Positions 39,512-50,143 are shown, counted from the first letter of the stretch. The stretch is 64,000 nucleotides of DNA from Candidatus Iainarchaeum sp. (GCA_018304465.1 JAGVWC010000011.1:87757-151756); one strand, 5' to 3'. The notes: generated by a model from the letters alone, not told the origin. Numbers and translations: made by a program.

Positions 39512-41763
39512 GACCCAACACCACCGTTTAGTTCGTTCACAAAGACCATTTCTTCCGGTCGCATCAAATGCTCAAAACCAAACTCGATCACGCGATCCGA
39601 ATCCCGGACCCTAAAACGAATCCGATCCCCTGAATCCTCAAGCAAAGTCACCGAAATATCCGGATCCTTATCCCCGATTTTGATCAACGTAATGAATTCC
39701 GCAGAAGAACCCGTTTTGGTAAACCCCACGTACTCGCACGGAACCGCGATTTCGTATTGTTTGGAACACCAGCCCCGAAAAGGAGTCGTTTCCCCCTTAT
39801 AAAACGACGTCGACGCGGGGGACGGATGCACCTGGATCAACGCCACCGCACGATCGGAATCCAAATCCACGCCCCGCAAAATATTGCCGTCGCTGATGAG
39901 TTGCGCTTCCGGAAAAAAATGAAACGCCTGTTCAAACGAATGATTCGAATCCGAGATCAAACGATCGATGATGACCACGTATTCCGAGCCGTACAACAGA
40001 AAACCGCGTACATGCGTCACTTCCGGATACAGTTGATGAAAACCCGACTGATATGCAAACCCGTTGCCGGAAATAAAGTTTCCGCTGATGGCAGCGCCTT
40101 CGTTCTGATCTTTTCCATCCACCACCACGGTATTGTGCGCGGAAGTCCCATGAAAATAATCCCTTTCTTCGTTGGATTCGTACGTGAACAACCCGGAGTC
40201 CGGCATCAAAACCCCTCCCGAACCATACAAGGTAAAACTAAGCGCGTCAAGGTCGGAGTGCTTGGTTCGATACGCTCCGAAATCAAAAATCGCTTGCGAG
40301 GCTTTTTTGAATTCTTCTCCCGCCTCCCAATCCGACCGAAAAATCGTCTGCCCGGCATGCGGCAGATACACCGATGTTTTAGGCGGTTTTGTTCCTTCGG
40401 CGCCGCGCGTCAACACGTACTTCAAATAAGAATTGATTTCGGTCATTTCCCGAAATTCCTGCGCGTAATTGACCTGGGTCTCAAGCGAAGCGCCCAGCGT
40501 CGGAGTCGAAAGATCCGGCTGCAAAATAAACGCGGCATATCCGATCATTCCCTTAAGCTTGTCCTCGAAATGATCCCCCAATTCAATCTTGTTTTCCTTG
40601 GCGTACTTGAAAATTTCCCAGTACAACGCCATGCTGTAAAAATGATAATACGGCGAATTTTCGTTTAACACCCCGTCGGCATCCACGTTATTTTCGATGG
40701 AATCATTCAAACGCGAAATCGCAAGCGCTTTCCATTCCGCCGATTTTGGCAGATCCGGAAAATTCTCGGCAATCAGCAATAACCCCGCTGCTTGATTGAT
40801 GCCGTGATTGTGTTCGCCCTGAAAATTCTCTTCTTTTTCCAAAAACTCGCCGTGGACTTCAATCGCTTTTAGCATCTTGGTCGAAAGCGGTTCGGGCAAC
40901 AACCCGGCTTCGCGCAGTTTCCACCAGGAATTCACCAGCACCATGGTCCTAAACGCCGCGCCATGCAAATCCCATGAATACGGCTTGTTTTCATCCATGC
41001 CGGTATCGATAAAACCCTCGATGATTTCCGAAAGTTTCTGATAGTACTTGGGATCCTCCGTTACTTTTCCGGCAAACACCAAGTGGCGGGTTTCCCGCAA
41101 ACTATAGAACATGAACTGCCAATACTTTTCGTCATACGGATCCTCCGTCCACGAAAGCGGCGGCTTGAATTCGACGGGTTTATACCGCGGAATCACGAAC
41201 TGATCCCTTAAGAACTGGTCCGCAATATCGATGCTTCCCTCGTTTAAAAAATCATACAAAGTGGATTTCGAATCGTTTGCTTTCGGATACGAATCGAAAA
41301 TAGCCACATACGGCGACGGCAGAAGCGACGCGTTCCGGCAAATAAATCCCCCCGTCAAATTTTTGCAGGTCTCGCCGGTTCCACACGCATCGGACTGAAC
41401 CGAACATTCGTCAATGTCAACGCACACCGCGCCTATTTTCTGAAAACCCGCATTACACCGCCATTCGCACGAGATGTCCTCCGGCGTCCACTGGCCGTTT
41501 TGAAAAGACTGCGTCACCAAGGTTCCTAACGAAGACGCGTTTTGAGGCGTTCGTTTCTCGCACACCACTTTTCGTTCAGGCGGAAGCGAAAAATTCGAAT
41601 TCACGACCGGGTCCTTTGACGGTTCGATATCAACCGACGGCCCGAAAACCGACAACCCCGTCAACTGATACACGTCAATTTCGGCGAACCGCACCGCAAC
41701 GGTTGCCAAAAAACCGACGACAACTACTAGAATGACAAACTGGAATATCTTCGTCGAATCCAT
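39508..41763 (-). CDS. Heparinase II/III-like polysaccharide lyase with N-terminal TM and EGF-like domain
   Basis: [39 protein letters not shown]; CVDIDEC motif near the N-terminus. Confidence 0.88.
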   Translation of the reverse strand: MDSTKIFQFVILVVVVGFLATVAVRFAEIDVYQLTGLSVFGPSVDIEPSKDPVVNSNFSLPPERKVVCEKRTPQNASSLGTLVTQSFQNGQWTPEDISCEWRCNAGFQKIGAVCVDIDECSVQSDACGTGETCKNLTGGFICRNASLLPSPYVAIFDSYPKANDSKSTLYDFLNEGSIDIADQFLRDQFVIPRYKPVEFKPPLSWTEDPYDEKYWQFMFYSLRETRHLVFAGKVTEDPKYYQKLSEIIEGFIDTGMDENKPYSWDLHGAAFRTMVLVNSWWKLREAGLLPEPLSTKMLKAIEVHGEFLEKEENFQGEHNHGINQAAGLLLIAENFPDLPKSAEWKALAISRLNDSIENNVDADGVLNENSPYYHFYSMALYWEIFKYAKENKIELGDHFEDKLKGMIGYAAFILQPDLSTPTLGASLETQVNYAQEFREMTEINSYLKYVLTRGAEGTKPPKTSVYLPHAGQTIFRSDWEAGEEFKKASQAIFDFGAYRTKHSDLDALSFTLYGSGGVLMPDSGLFTYESNEERDYFHGTSAHNTVVVDGKDQNEGAAISGNFISGNGFAYQSGFHQLYPEVTHVRGFLLYGSEYVVIIDRLISDSNHSFEQAFHFFPEAQLISDGNILRGVDLDSDRAVALIQVHPSPASTSFYKGETTPFRGWCSKQYEIAVPCEYVGFTKTGSSAEFITLIKIGDKDPDISVTLLEDSGDRIRFRVRDSDRVIEFGFEHLMRPEEMVFVNELNGGVGS

Positions 41764-41766
41764 GGT

Positions 41767-43140
41767 TTAACCCCGATGCCACACGTTTTTTCGAATCGTC
41801 AAAATCGAATAAAAAATGAACCATGACAAAACCAACGTTGACATCAAGCTCATGAGCGGTCGATACACCCAAAGATCGCTTTTCGGATTCTCAAGCTTAT
41901 AGAGAATGCCGTACAGCAAACCCACGAAGAAAATCCCGCCCAAATACAATGCCCCCGTCAAGAATTGTCCGGACGCCGGGAGCAAAATCAAATGCCTAAA
42001 CACGATGAACGGGCCCATGAACACGTAAATGATTCCCAGATAGTATCGCAACGCGGCCAAGAACGGTTTTCGCCAGTAAAACGTTCCCGTCAAAAAAATA
42101 CTCCGAATAAAACTTTTTTTCCATCGAATATGCTGTTTGAAAATCTTTCCGATGGTTTCGGGTACTTTGGTCCACACTTTGGCGGATTTACAGTACACGA
42201 TTTTCCAATCCCGCGTCGCATACTCGGTGCCTTTCACGAACGGTGAATCCGCGAATTTTTTCTGCAAAGTCGGTCCGATAAACCGGCTGCCGAGCACGAA
42301 CGCGGTCATGGTGCGATCCGTGGCAAACCGGAATTCTTTCGCCAAAAAACGGTCATTGGCCCATGCGGGAACGTAATTGTATACGGCTTCGCGCCTAAAA
42401 ACAGCCAGCGGACCCGACACGCAGGTCACTGCCCCGTACACGCTTTCAAACGCTTTCTTGATGGAATACTGTCCTTCGTACCACGAATCCTGGATCTTGG
42501 TCCAGATGTTTTTTTCGGCATTCAACGCCCTGCCATGCCCCGAAACCGCTCCCACCGTATCGTCGAAAACGAAAATATTGACGATCCGTTCCACGGCGTC
42601 ACGCGCAAGCACGCTGTCGCTATCCGTGAAAACAAATAGTTCTCCCTTGGCGATCCGCAATCCTTCCGCGATCGCTTTTTTCTTTCCGATATTTTGCTTG
42701 AGATTGAGTATTTTTACGTCGGAATATTTTTCGTATTGGCCAAGCACCTGGGCGGTGCCATCCGTGGAACCGTCGTTTACCACGATGATTTCGCGGTTTT
42801 TGTAACTCGTTCGAATCAGAGAATCGACGCACTGAGAAATCAGTTTTTCCTCGTTATACGCGGCCACGATTATCGAAATGAACGGCATTTTTTTTCCGGC
42901 GTTTAGGTTAAACCGGAAAATATTCTCCACGGGATCCCGGTACTGGGTGTGCGCGATGTAAAACGTGATGAAAATAATCGTTGTCACGCTTATTCCATAA
43001 CCGAGCAGAAAAATGTTGGGGTCGTGATGAACAAACAACTTTCCGTTGATGATCACCACGAGGGCAAGAAGGATGAACAGCATCACGAAATTCCGCATGA
43101 ACTTCGAAGCTCCGCTTGACGAATTACCGACTGCTGCCAT
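41767..43140 (-). CDS. Processive GT2 glycosyltransferase (hyaluronan synthase/NodC/PgaC-like)
   Basis: AAYNEE, VNDGSTD, GKKKA, TDSDS, TDR, QHIRW; TM helices at both ends. Confidence 0.92.
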   Translation of the reverse strand: MAAVGNSSSGASKFMRNFVMLFILLALVVIINGKLFVHHDPNIFLLGYGISVTTIIFITFYIAHTQYRDPVENIFRFNLNAGKKMPFISIIVAAYNEEKLISQCVDSLIRTSYKNREIIVVNDGSTDGTAQVLGQYEKYSDVKILNLKQNIGKKKAIAEGLRIAKGELFVFTDSDSVLARDAVERIVNIFVFDDTVGAVSGHGRALNAEKNIWTKIQDSWYEGQYSIKKAFESVYGAVTCVSGPLAVFRREAVYNYVPAWANDRFLAKEFRFATDRTMTAFVLGSRFIGPTLQKKFADSPFVKGTEYATRDWKIVYCKSAKVWTKVPETIGKIFKQHIRWKKSFIRSIFLTGTFYWRKPFLAALRYYLGIIYVFMGPFIVFRHLILLPASGQFLTGALYLGGIFFVGLLYGILYKLENPKSDLWVYRPLMSLMSTLVLSWFIFYSILTIRKNVWHRG

Positions 43141-43185
43141 GCCATTTCCTCCTTTTACCCACAACAGGCCCTACTCGATCAATAT

Positions 43186-43995
43186 TCACTTTCGTGCGCG
43201 CACCATGCTTTTTTGGACAAAGTCGTTTTCGTAACGCATGTTCGTTTCAATCGAGTTCCGAAAGACAAGATTGTTGTCAAAGAAATTATCCAACAAGGCG
43301 GTGTCTTTCGGCAGACATTTGCCACCGATACCCGTTCGCGCTTCCTTGATGTCGATATTCCATTTGGTGTTGGCGGCTTGACGCAAAAGTTTGTAGTTGA
43401 TTCCTTTTTCCTCGCAAACGCGTCGAAGATCCTCCGCGAACGCGATCTCGTAATAACGATACGCGTTTTCGAGGGGCTTTGACAATTCGACGACTTCCAT
43501 TGGAAACATATGGATCAATTTTCGGTCCATGAAATCCGAATAGAATTCGATCGCGCGCTGTTCGGCCCGTTTACTTTCGCCACCCATGATCCGGTGCAGA
43601 TTAAACAACTGGTGATCCGCATCATCCGGATTGTATCGGTGAGGAAAAAAAACGAGATCGAACGAAACCTCGTTCTTGCGTTTGTAGTCTTGAATCCATT
43701 TGTGGGTCCCAGGCAGAACCGTCGATTCGACAACGATCAACGGGTTATTGTCCAATGGAATCTGCTGGATGACGCTCTTGACCTGATCCGTCAAATACAC
43801 CGAAATGATGTAGACATCATCCGATTTGATGGTGTCCCCGACGTCAAACCCTTCCTTGCGCAGGCTTGAAATTTTTCTCGGGTCGATATCCACTCCCCAA
43901 GTCTGTTTTTTCGGGCTGATCTGACGAATCAAAAGTTCGCCTAGTTCTCCAAGACCGATGATTCCAACGATGAAAATCCCTCCCTCTAACCACAC
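43186..43995 (-). CDS. Short UDP-sugar 6-dehydrogenase family protein
   Basis: GIIGLGELG, VESTVLPG, ENAYR, GIGGKCLPKD; lacks the C-terminal domain; start uncertain. Confidence 0.8.
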   Translation of the reverse strand: MWLEGGIFIVGIIGLGELGELLIRQISPKKQTWGVDIDPRKISSLRKEGFDVGDTIKSDDVYIISVYLTDQVKSVIQQIPLDNNPLIVVESTVLPGTHKWIQDYKRKNEVSFDLVFFPHRYNPDDADHQLFNLHRIMGGESKRAEQRAIEFYSDFMDRKLIHMFPMEVVELSKPLENAYRYYEIAFAEDLRRVCEEKGINYKLLRQAANTKWNIDIKEARTGIGGKCLPKDTALLDNFFDNNLVFRNSIETNMRYENDFVQKSMVRARK

Positions 43996-44007
43996 GTTGT
44001 TGCATAC

Positions 44008-44027
44008 AATCCGATTATTATCGGATT
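44008..44027. promoter_or_regulatory. Palindromic candidate operator
   Basis: AATCCGAT-TATT-ATCGGATT, perfect 8-bp inverted repeat between a TTTATATAA box (44048-44056) and the first gene of the polysaccharide operon. Confidence 0.4.
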
Positions 44028-44285
44028 ATAATTTTCGAACGCGTGAGTTTATATAATCCCCTAAAACATTTTTAAAGGTATGCCAAAATGTTCAAAAAAA
44101 ATCGAAAACAAAAATCGAATCTACCTCCGCCAAGCAAACGACGAAAGGAACATCGGCGATGCGCGTATCCGACCCTGCTACGCAACGCGAAAACAAATTC
44201 GCTTCTTCTCCGCCAAGGCGAACCCGAATCCGCTTGGTAACGAAGAGCGAACGGAAAAGCAAAAAGAAAAAAGGAATCCGGGGCC

Positions 44286-45554
44286 TTATCGCGCGGTAAT
44301 GGAACCGAACCGGGCTTTCGAACCCAAGGTCTCCTCGATTTGAAGCAATCGATTGTATTTTGCGGTCCGTTCGCTTCGCGCGGGAGCCCCGAATTTCGAT
44401 TGTCCGCACCCAAGCCCCACGACCAAATCCGCGATAAAAGAATCCTCGGTTTCTCCGCTGCGATGAGAAACAACCGTCGTCCAACCCGCGTTTTTGGCTA
44501 TTAAAAACGCGTCAATCGACTCCGAAACGGTTCCGATCTGATTGACTTTTAGCAAAAGCGAATTACAGGCTTTTTCCGAAATCGCGCGCTTGATCCGCTC
44601 CGGATTCGTGACGAGAAGGTCGTCTCCAACGATCTGCAATTGTGAACCAAGTTTCTTGGTGAGCGCTGTCCAGCCGGACCAATCATCATCAGAAAACGCA
44701 TCTTCAAGCGAAACGATCGAATAATTCGAAATGAATTCGGAATAATACTCCACCAAAGATTCGCTTGAAAATTTTTGGGACCCGATCTGATATGATCCGT
44801 TCGCATAGAACTCGCTTGCCGCAGCATCGATTGCAAAATCTATTTTTTTGGCATACCCGGTTTCTTCGGCCGCTTGCTGTATCAACGTCATTCGATCCGC
44901 CTGCTTTTTTACGGCTTCAGGAACAAACCCGCCTTCGGCACCGATCAACGTGGCTGAAACGCCGTATTTTTGCAGGAGGATTTTTTTCAGGCAGTGGTAC
45001 GCTTCAGTCCCAATTCGAAGCGCTTCTGAAAAACTCTTCGCGCCTGACGGGAAAAACATGGATTCCTGAATATCGTTTTTCAATCCCACATGGTAACCGC
45101 CGTTCATGACATTCAACTGCGGAACGGGCAGAACAAACGACTTATTTCCCGCCAACTGACCGATATATTCGTACAGATTCATTCTCCGTTCGTCGGCACC
45201 AGCCCGGCAAACCGCCATGGAAACCGCGAGAATCGCGTTTCCGCCAAGCCTGGATTTGTTTTTGGTCCCATCCAACTTGATCAAGGCGGTATCCACATCC
45301 CGCTGGGTCTGAAATAATTTTCCCACCAGCGCTTTGGCGATGGGACCATTGACGTTTTGAACGGCCTTTAAGACCCCTTTTCCGTCAAATTCTTTTCCGG
45401 CATCCCGCAGTTCAAGGGCTTCATATTGTCCCGTTGAAGTTCCGCTTGGAACCATAGCCGAAAAAGACCCAGTACCCGTTTTGATCGAACACGCCACGGT
45501 GGGGATTCCGCGCGAATCGAGTATCTGACTGCCTTTAATCGAAACTATTTTCAT
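44286..45554 (-). CDS. eno: Enolase
   Basis: DSRGIPTV, VPSGTSTG, VGDDL, LLKVNQIG, SHRSGETED. Confidence 0.97.
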   Translation of the reverse strand: MKIVSIKGSQILDSRGIPTVACSIKTGTGSFSAMVPSGTSTGQYEALELRDAGKEFDGKGVLKAVQNVNGPIAKALVGKLFQTQRDVDTALIKLDGTKNKSRLGGNAILAVSMAVCRAGADERRMNLYEYIGQLAGNKSFVLPVPQLNVMNGGYHVGLKNDIQESMFFPSGAKSFSEALRIGTEAYHCLKKILLQKYGVSATLIGAEGGFVPEAVKKQADRMTLIQQAAEETGYAKKIDFAIDAAASEFYANGSYQIGSQKFSSESLVEYYSEFISNYSIVSLEDAFSDDDWSGWTALTKKLGSQLQIVGDDLLVTNPERIKRAISEKACNSLLLKVNQIGTVSESIDAFLIAKNAGWTTVVSHRSGETEDSFIADLVVGLGCGQSKFGAPARSERTAKYNRLLQIEETLGSKARFGSITAR

Positions 45555-45613
45555 GAGAAATCACTGGAAAGAAAAAAGCCCCTCATAAATAAATAGGTAT
45601 GGGTCGCGACGAT

Positions 45614-46363
45614 TTATAGTTCCATGAGATCTTTACGCGCTTTTTCTTCCAATTGTTTTTGGCGCGCTTCCACGAGTTTTCCCATGGTTTCGGACGACAC
45701 CAACTGGCGCTGCAACTGAAAATGAATGAAATTCTTTAACGGATCCAGGTTTTGAACGGGAAGTTTTCCCAGCAACACTTTTCGCAGGTCATCCCAATCC
45801 AAATGAATGTAATTCAATCCCTTCATCACTCGCTCGAACGGAACGCTTTGATTCGCCAAACCGTCTTTGACCAAAACGAAATCAACTTGGGAAAAACGCT
45901 GGGAATAAAACGCGTCAAACCAGATGTCATGCCCCACGAACACGACCCGATCTTTGGAAACGTTTAACGATTCAACGATTTGATCAATGGCTTTTTGCTT
46001 GAAAAACTCGTCTTTGAAAAGCGGATCCTTGGCGATCTGCTGGTCATAGATTTCGCGATCCATCGGTTCCTTAGAATCCAAAAATTCCTGAGAAACGAAC
46101 CGCGTGTTTTCTTCGGAAAAAAAAGCATCCAATTTGTTTTCCCTGATTTTTTCGAATGTTTTTTCTTTCTGATACCCGCACACAAGAAAAAAACGAAACG
46201 AAGGGATTTTTTCGGAAAGCGTTTTCAAATGAGCCAACACGATTCCAATTTTTTTGTGATCTACCGACTGCAATACTTTTCCCGGAACCAAAATATCATC
46301 CAAACCGAAAATGACCACGGTTTTTTTCAGTGATTTCCCAGTTAACCCCTCAAGTCCAGCCAT
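45614..46363 (-). CDS. HAD-like hypothetical protein
   Basis: VIFGLDDILV and VFVGHDIWFD resemble degenerate HAD motifs I and IV. Confidence 0.6.
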   Translation of the reverse strand: MAGLEGLTGKSLKKTVVIFGLDDILVPGKVLQSVDHKKIGIVLAHLKTLSEKIPSFRFFLVCGYQKEKTFEKIRENKLDAFFSEENTRFVSQEFLDSKEPMDREIYDQQIAKDPLFKDEFFKQKAIDQIVESLNVSKDRVVFVGHDIWFDAFYSQRFSQVDFVLVKDGLANQSVPFERVMKGLNYIHLDWDDLRKVLLGKLPVQNLDPLKNFIHFQLQRQLVSSETMGKLVEARQKQLEEKARKDLMEL

Positions 46364-46414
46364 ATACGTACACCCAACCCAAACGAATAAAAAACAAAAG
46401 GAACCAATATCCGC

Positions 46415-47197
46415 ATGGAAAACGAATTGCAAACCGCAATCGAAGTCGTAAAAGCGACGCAGATTTTATTAAAAGCAAATTTCGGAAAAGGAATTTACAA
46501 CCAAAAAACAAGTGCACAGGATATTGTCACCCAAACCGATTTAGACGTCGAAAATATCGTGAAAGCCGCGTTAAAGGAAAAATTCCCAAAATACGGCTTT
46601 TTAGGTGAAGAAACAACGGAAAAAAACGAAAAAAAAGATTTTTGGGTGCTGGATCCAATCGACGGCACCACGAATTACGCGGTTGGCCTGCCCGAATTCG
46701 CGGTCTCCCTCGCGCTCATCAAGGATCAAAAAACTGTCCTGGGAATTATCTTTGATCCGATTCACGACGAACTCTTTCATGCGACGCTCGGGGGCGGCGC
46801 TTTCTGCAATAACAAACCAATCGTTGTATCCAAAACCCCCACGCTTGCCAAAAGCGTGATCCACTTCAATTCGGGTTACAATCACCGAAGCGAATGCGGA
46901 CAAATCGTTGCCAAAATCGGCGACGCCATTCGACAACCCTGCATGGGCCGAAGCACCGCCATTCAATTGACCGATATTGCGTGCGGTCGAAGCGATGCTG
47001 TGGTAAAAAACCATAGCTCACTGATAGATACGCTTGCTGGATTCCTTTTGATCACGGAAGCAGGTGGAAAAGTAACGGATTTCTTGGGAAAACCGCTAAC
47101 CCTGACAAAGATTTCACAGAATGCAAAGAATTGGAACGTCCATTACCTGGCCACCAACAGGCGTATCCACGACGAACTCGTTTTGGCGTTGAAATAG
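46415..47197 (+). CDS. Inositol monophosphatase family protein
   Basis: DIVTQTD, GEE, WVLDPIDGTTNY, EAGG. Confidence 0.92.
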   Translation: MENELQTAIEVVKATQILLKANFGKGIYNQKTSAQDIVTQTDLDVENIVKAALKEKFPKYGFLGEETTEKNEKKDFWVLDPIDGTTNYAVGLPEFAVSLALIKDQKTVLGIIFDPIHDELFHATLGGGAFCNNKPIVVSKTPTLAKSVIHFNSGYNHRSECGQIVAKIGDAIRQPCMGRSTAIQLTDIACGRSDAVVKNHSSLIDTLAGFLLITEAGGKVTDFLGKPLTLTKISQNAKNWNVHYLATNRRIHDELVLALK

Positions 47198-47201
47198 GCA
47201 T

Positions 47202-47813
47202 CTATTTTTGTTTGGCGATTCGCCGCGCAATGAAAATCCGCTGTAACGCCGAGAAATTCGTCAAAACCGCAAGCAATGCCAGCACGTACACGAGCCAAAG
47301 CGGGTTAAATGCCGCCAAAACAATCCCGATGAACAGGATAAACAAGCGTTCCGCGCGTTCCAACAAACCTCCTTTGAGTTCTTTTCCTTCGCGGATGATT
47401 TCTTTTTCTTTTGCCGCGGATTTCGCGTAGGTCGTCAGAAAACTGCCGAAAAAATAAGCGAAAATCCACGCGGTTACCGGCAGATACCAGTTGGGAAGCA
47501 CCGCAAACACCAATCCAAAAATAATGAGCCCTTCGATATAACGATCCATGATCGTATCCAGGTACGCGCCGTATTTCGAAGCCGTGTTCGTCACGCGCGC
47601 AACGGCACCGTCCACCATGTCCAAAAAAGCGGAAATCAAAAACAAGACGCCGGCTGCCAAAAAATCCTGGCGCATCAAAAACCAGACCGCGAAAATAACG
47701 GGTACAAGAGACAAAACCGTCCACTGGTTCGCGGTCAAGGGGATCTTCGAAAAAAGAAGCCCGATCTTGATGCTCACCTGCTTGAATTTTTCCCGTTGCG
47801 CGTACAAAGTCAT
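47202..47813 (-). CDS. CDP-alcohol phosphatidyltransferase (archaetidylinositol-phosphate synthase-like)
   Basis: DMVDGAVAR...GAYLDTIMDR; directly downstream of ino1. Confidence 0.9.
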   Translation of the reverse strand: MTLYAQREKFKQVSIKIGLLFSKIPLTANQWTVLSLVPVIFAVWFLMRQDFLAAGVLFLISAFLDMVDGAVARVTNTASKYGAYLDTIMDRYIEGLIIFGLVFAVLPNWYLPVTAWIFAYFFGSFLTTYAKSAAKEKEIIREGKELKGGLLERAERLFILFIGIVLAAFNPLWLVYVLALLAVLTNFSALQRIFIARRIAKQK

Positions 47814-47866
47814 GTGTTATTTCCTCTTTGAACTTCATTTAATGATATCTTTTGTCGAATGTCCGA

Positions 47867-48970
47867 TTATCGTTCTCTTTCTCCGCGGATAAACTCTTCT
47901 AGCATGGACCTAGCCACCTCATCCGGATACTGGATGGGCGGATGCTTCATCAGGTAGGCTGAAAAACTGGTCAATGGCCCGGAAATTTTTCGATCCAACG
48001 CGAGTTTGGCCGCGCGCACCGCGTCGATGACTACGCCGGCTGAATTCGGGGAATCTTCCACCGAAAGACGCACTTCGATGTTCATGGGCACGTCTCCGAA
48101 TTGGAGTCCTTCGATACGCGTAAAACAAATTTTCTGGTCATTAAGCCACGGTACGTAGTCACTGGGGCCAATGTGGATTTTTTCCCAAGGCAACGGCACC
48201 GGAAGATTCGACTGAACCGATTCGGTTTTAGAAATTTTTTTCGATTTTAAGCGGTCGTATTCCTTCATGTTCAAAAAATCGGTGTTTCCGCCCACGTTCA
48301 ATTGGTAGGTTCCCATGATCTTGATCCCGCGATCGGCCGCTAGTTTGGCGAGCACACGATGCGTAATCGTGGCACCGTACTGGGACTTCATGTCGTCGCC
48401 GACAATCGGAAGCCCTTTTTTGCGGAACTTTTCCGCCCACTCGGGATTACTCGCGATGAAAACCGGCATGCAGTTGACCATAGCGCACCCGGCGTCCAAC
48501 GCAGCCTGGGCATAGTACTTGGTGGCTTCTTCCGAACCCACCGGCATATAATTGATGAGGACTTCGGCGTTGGCTTTTTTCAGTTCTTGTGTAACATCCA
48601 CGGGTTTTTGCTTTTCATCCACGCGAAAACTGCGTTCTTCCGGCCAGTCCGCCATGTGCGACGCGACGCCGTCCAACACGGGGCCTTTTTGGACCACCAC
48701 GTTTTGCTTTGGAACGTCCCTGCAGAAAACATTGGTGCAATTGGGTTTTTCGAAAATCGCTTCGGAAAGGTCTTTTCCAACTTTTCGCGAATCGATATCA
48801 AACGCGGCGACAAATTCGATGTCCGAAATACGGTATCCGCCGAGCACGTTGTGCATCAGACCCGAAACCGTGCCATCATTGGCCGACACGTCACGATAAT
48901 AATACACGCCCTGCAAAAGCGATGAAAAACAGTTTCCGACGCCCGCAACCGCAACACGAATCTTTGCCAA
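47867..48970 (-). CDS. ino1: myo-Inositol-1-phosphate synthase
   Basis: [37 protein letters not shown]. Confidence 0.96.
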   Translation of the reverse strand: MAKIRVAVAGVGNCFSSLLQGVYYYRDVSANDGTVSGLMHNVLGGYRISDIEFVAAFDIDSRKVGKDLSEAIFEKPNCTNVFCRDVPKQNVVVQKGPVLDGVASHMADWPEERSFRVDEKQKPVDVTQELKKANAEVLINYMPVGSEEATKYYAQAALDAGCAMVNCMPVFIASNPEWAEKFRKKGLPIVGDDMKSQYGATITHRVLAKLAADRGIKIMGTYQLNVGGNTDFLNMKEYDRLKSKKISKTESVQSNLPVPLPWEKIHIGPSDYVPWLNDQKICFTRIEGLQFGDVPMNIEVRLSVEDSPNSAGVVIDAVRAAKLALDRKISGPLTSFSAYLMKHPPIQYPDEVARSMLEEFIRGERER

Positions 48971-49052
48971 AACAACACCTCATTTACCACTGTAAAATAC
49001 TGTTTTATGGGTATGAAACAATTTAATAATCTTTGTGGTCTTACTTAAAAAG

Positions 49053-49535
49053 ATGAATCGGGGCATTCGAGCCAGCGGCAGGCGAGGCCACTTGCTTGGA
49101 AAAAAAATAATTCGAAAACGTTTGAATCGAAAGATTGGACCTGATCAACGGCCGGTGATATCAGATACACGACCCGTGGTAGTTATGTTCATATGTCTTC
49201 ATGGCCTTACCAGCCAGGCGATTTCGACCAGTATCCGCAGAGACCTCCAACGCAGGGGAATCAAGTGGATTCGAACCAGATTTGGGGCTATTGCGGACGA
49301 TGAACAACTATGGTCTCAATACAAAACCGAACCCAAAGTGAAACGGATGTTTTCAGGTGTCGACTTAATCATCCCCGTCACGCCTCAACCCCAATACCCA
49401 CTACTTCAAAAAACGATGCCCCCCAACAGCAAACTCGGTCCGCAAATAAGCATATTGGATTTGAATACGAACAAGCTGTTAAAAATGATCAAAAAAAAAT
49501 ATCGAGTAGCGGGAGGAATCACAAATCACGCTTGA
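49053..49535 (+). CDS. Basic orphan protein with PTS-EIIB/LMW-phosphatase-like Cys loop
   Basis: Arg-rich N-terminus, then VMFICLHGLTS...GVDLIIP. Confidence 0.55.
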   Translation: MNRGIRASGRRGHLLGKKIIRKRLNRKIGPDQRPVISDTRPVVVMFICLHGLTSQAISTSIRRDLQRRGIKWIRTRFGAIADDEQLWSQYKTEPKVKRMFSGVDLIIPVTPQPQYPLLQKTMPPNSKLGPQISILDLNTNKLLKMIKKKYRVAGGITNHA

Positions 49536-49548
49536 AGAATCTCCCGAA

Positions 49549-49842
49549 ATGCAGCGCCTGGAACGCAAACTCGGCGTCGAACTCCTCTGGGTCTTCATTC
49601 TCGCATTGCTGAAAAAAAAACCGTCCCACGCCTACGTAATACGGAAAAAAATCCAGGAAGAATTCGGATTTTTGCCGGGAAACGTTTCTTCGTACGTGGT
49701 GTTGTACAAACTCGAGTCCCGTGGATTCGTTTCCACCCAAAAACAAGACACCAAAGTAATCTATTCCATCACGCTGGAAGGAAAAAAACTGCTTCAAACC
49801 GCAAAAAAGCATTTGGCCCAAAAAATCGGGTTATTGGACTAA
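49549..49842 (+). CDS. PadR-family transcriptional regulator
   Basis: ILALLKKKPSHAY...YVVLYKLESRGFV...YSITLEG. Confidence 0.9.
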   Translation: MQRLERKLGVELLWVFILALLKKKPSHAYVIRKKIQEEFGFLPGNVSSYVVLYKLESRGFVSTQKQDTKVIYSITLEGKKLLQTAKKHLAQKIGLLD

Positions 49843-49936
49843 AGCGCGGTCCTTAATAAAATTTTCTTTTCCGTAATCTATTACACGAAAAACCAAAACA
49901 GGTTCTTTTCCCGGTTTTCTTTCAAAGAAAAGCTGT

Positions 49937-50052
49937 GGGGCGTTAGTCTAGCTTGGTAGGATCGGAGCTTCGGGAAAGCCTTTTCCAAGAAAAGCCTTGG
50001 GAAAAGCCGTTCGGACGAGCTTCAGACGGGAGTTCGAATCTCCCACGTCCCA
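49937..50052 (+). tRNA. tRNA-Pro(CGG) with 43-nt intron at 37/38 (49975-50017)
   Basis: Acceptor GGGGCGT/ACGTCCC, D stem GTCT/GGAT, anticodon stem GGAGC/GCTTC, T arm GGGAG-TTCGAAT-CTCCC; BHB central helix TTCG/CGGA with 3-nt bulges. Confidence 0.92.
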
Positions 50053-50143
50053 AACAGCCTTTTTTCAATGCAAAAAATCCGGGAAAAAAAGTTTTTGCCG
50101 GACCTTCCAAAACAAATAAAAACAGTAAAATTACTTGTTTCAC

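Noticed and set aside
49937-50052. tRNA-Pro as an integration site
   Set aside because: No duplicated tRNA 3' end or integrase seen in the window; the intron is at the canonical position.
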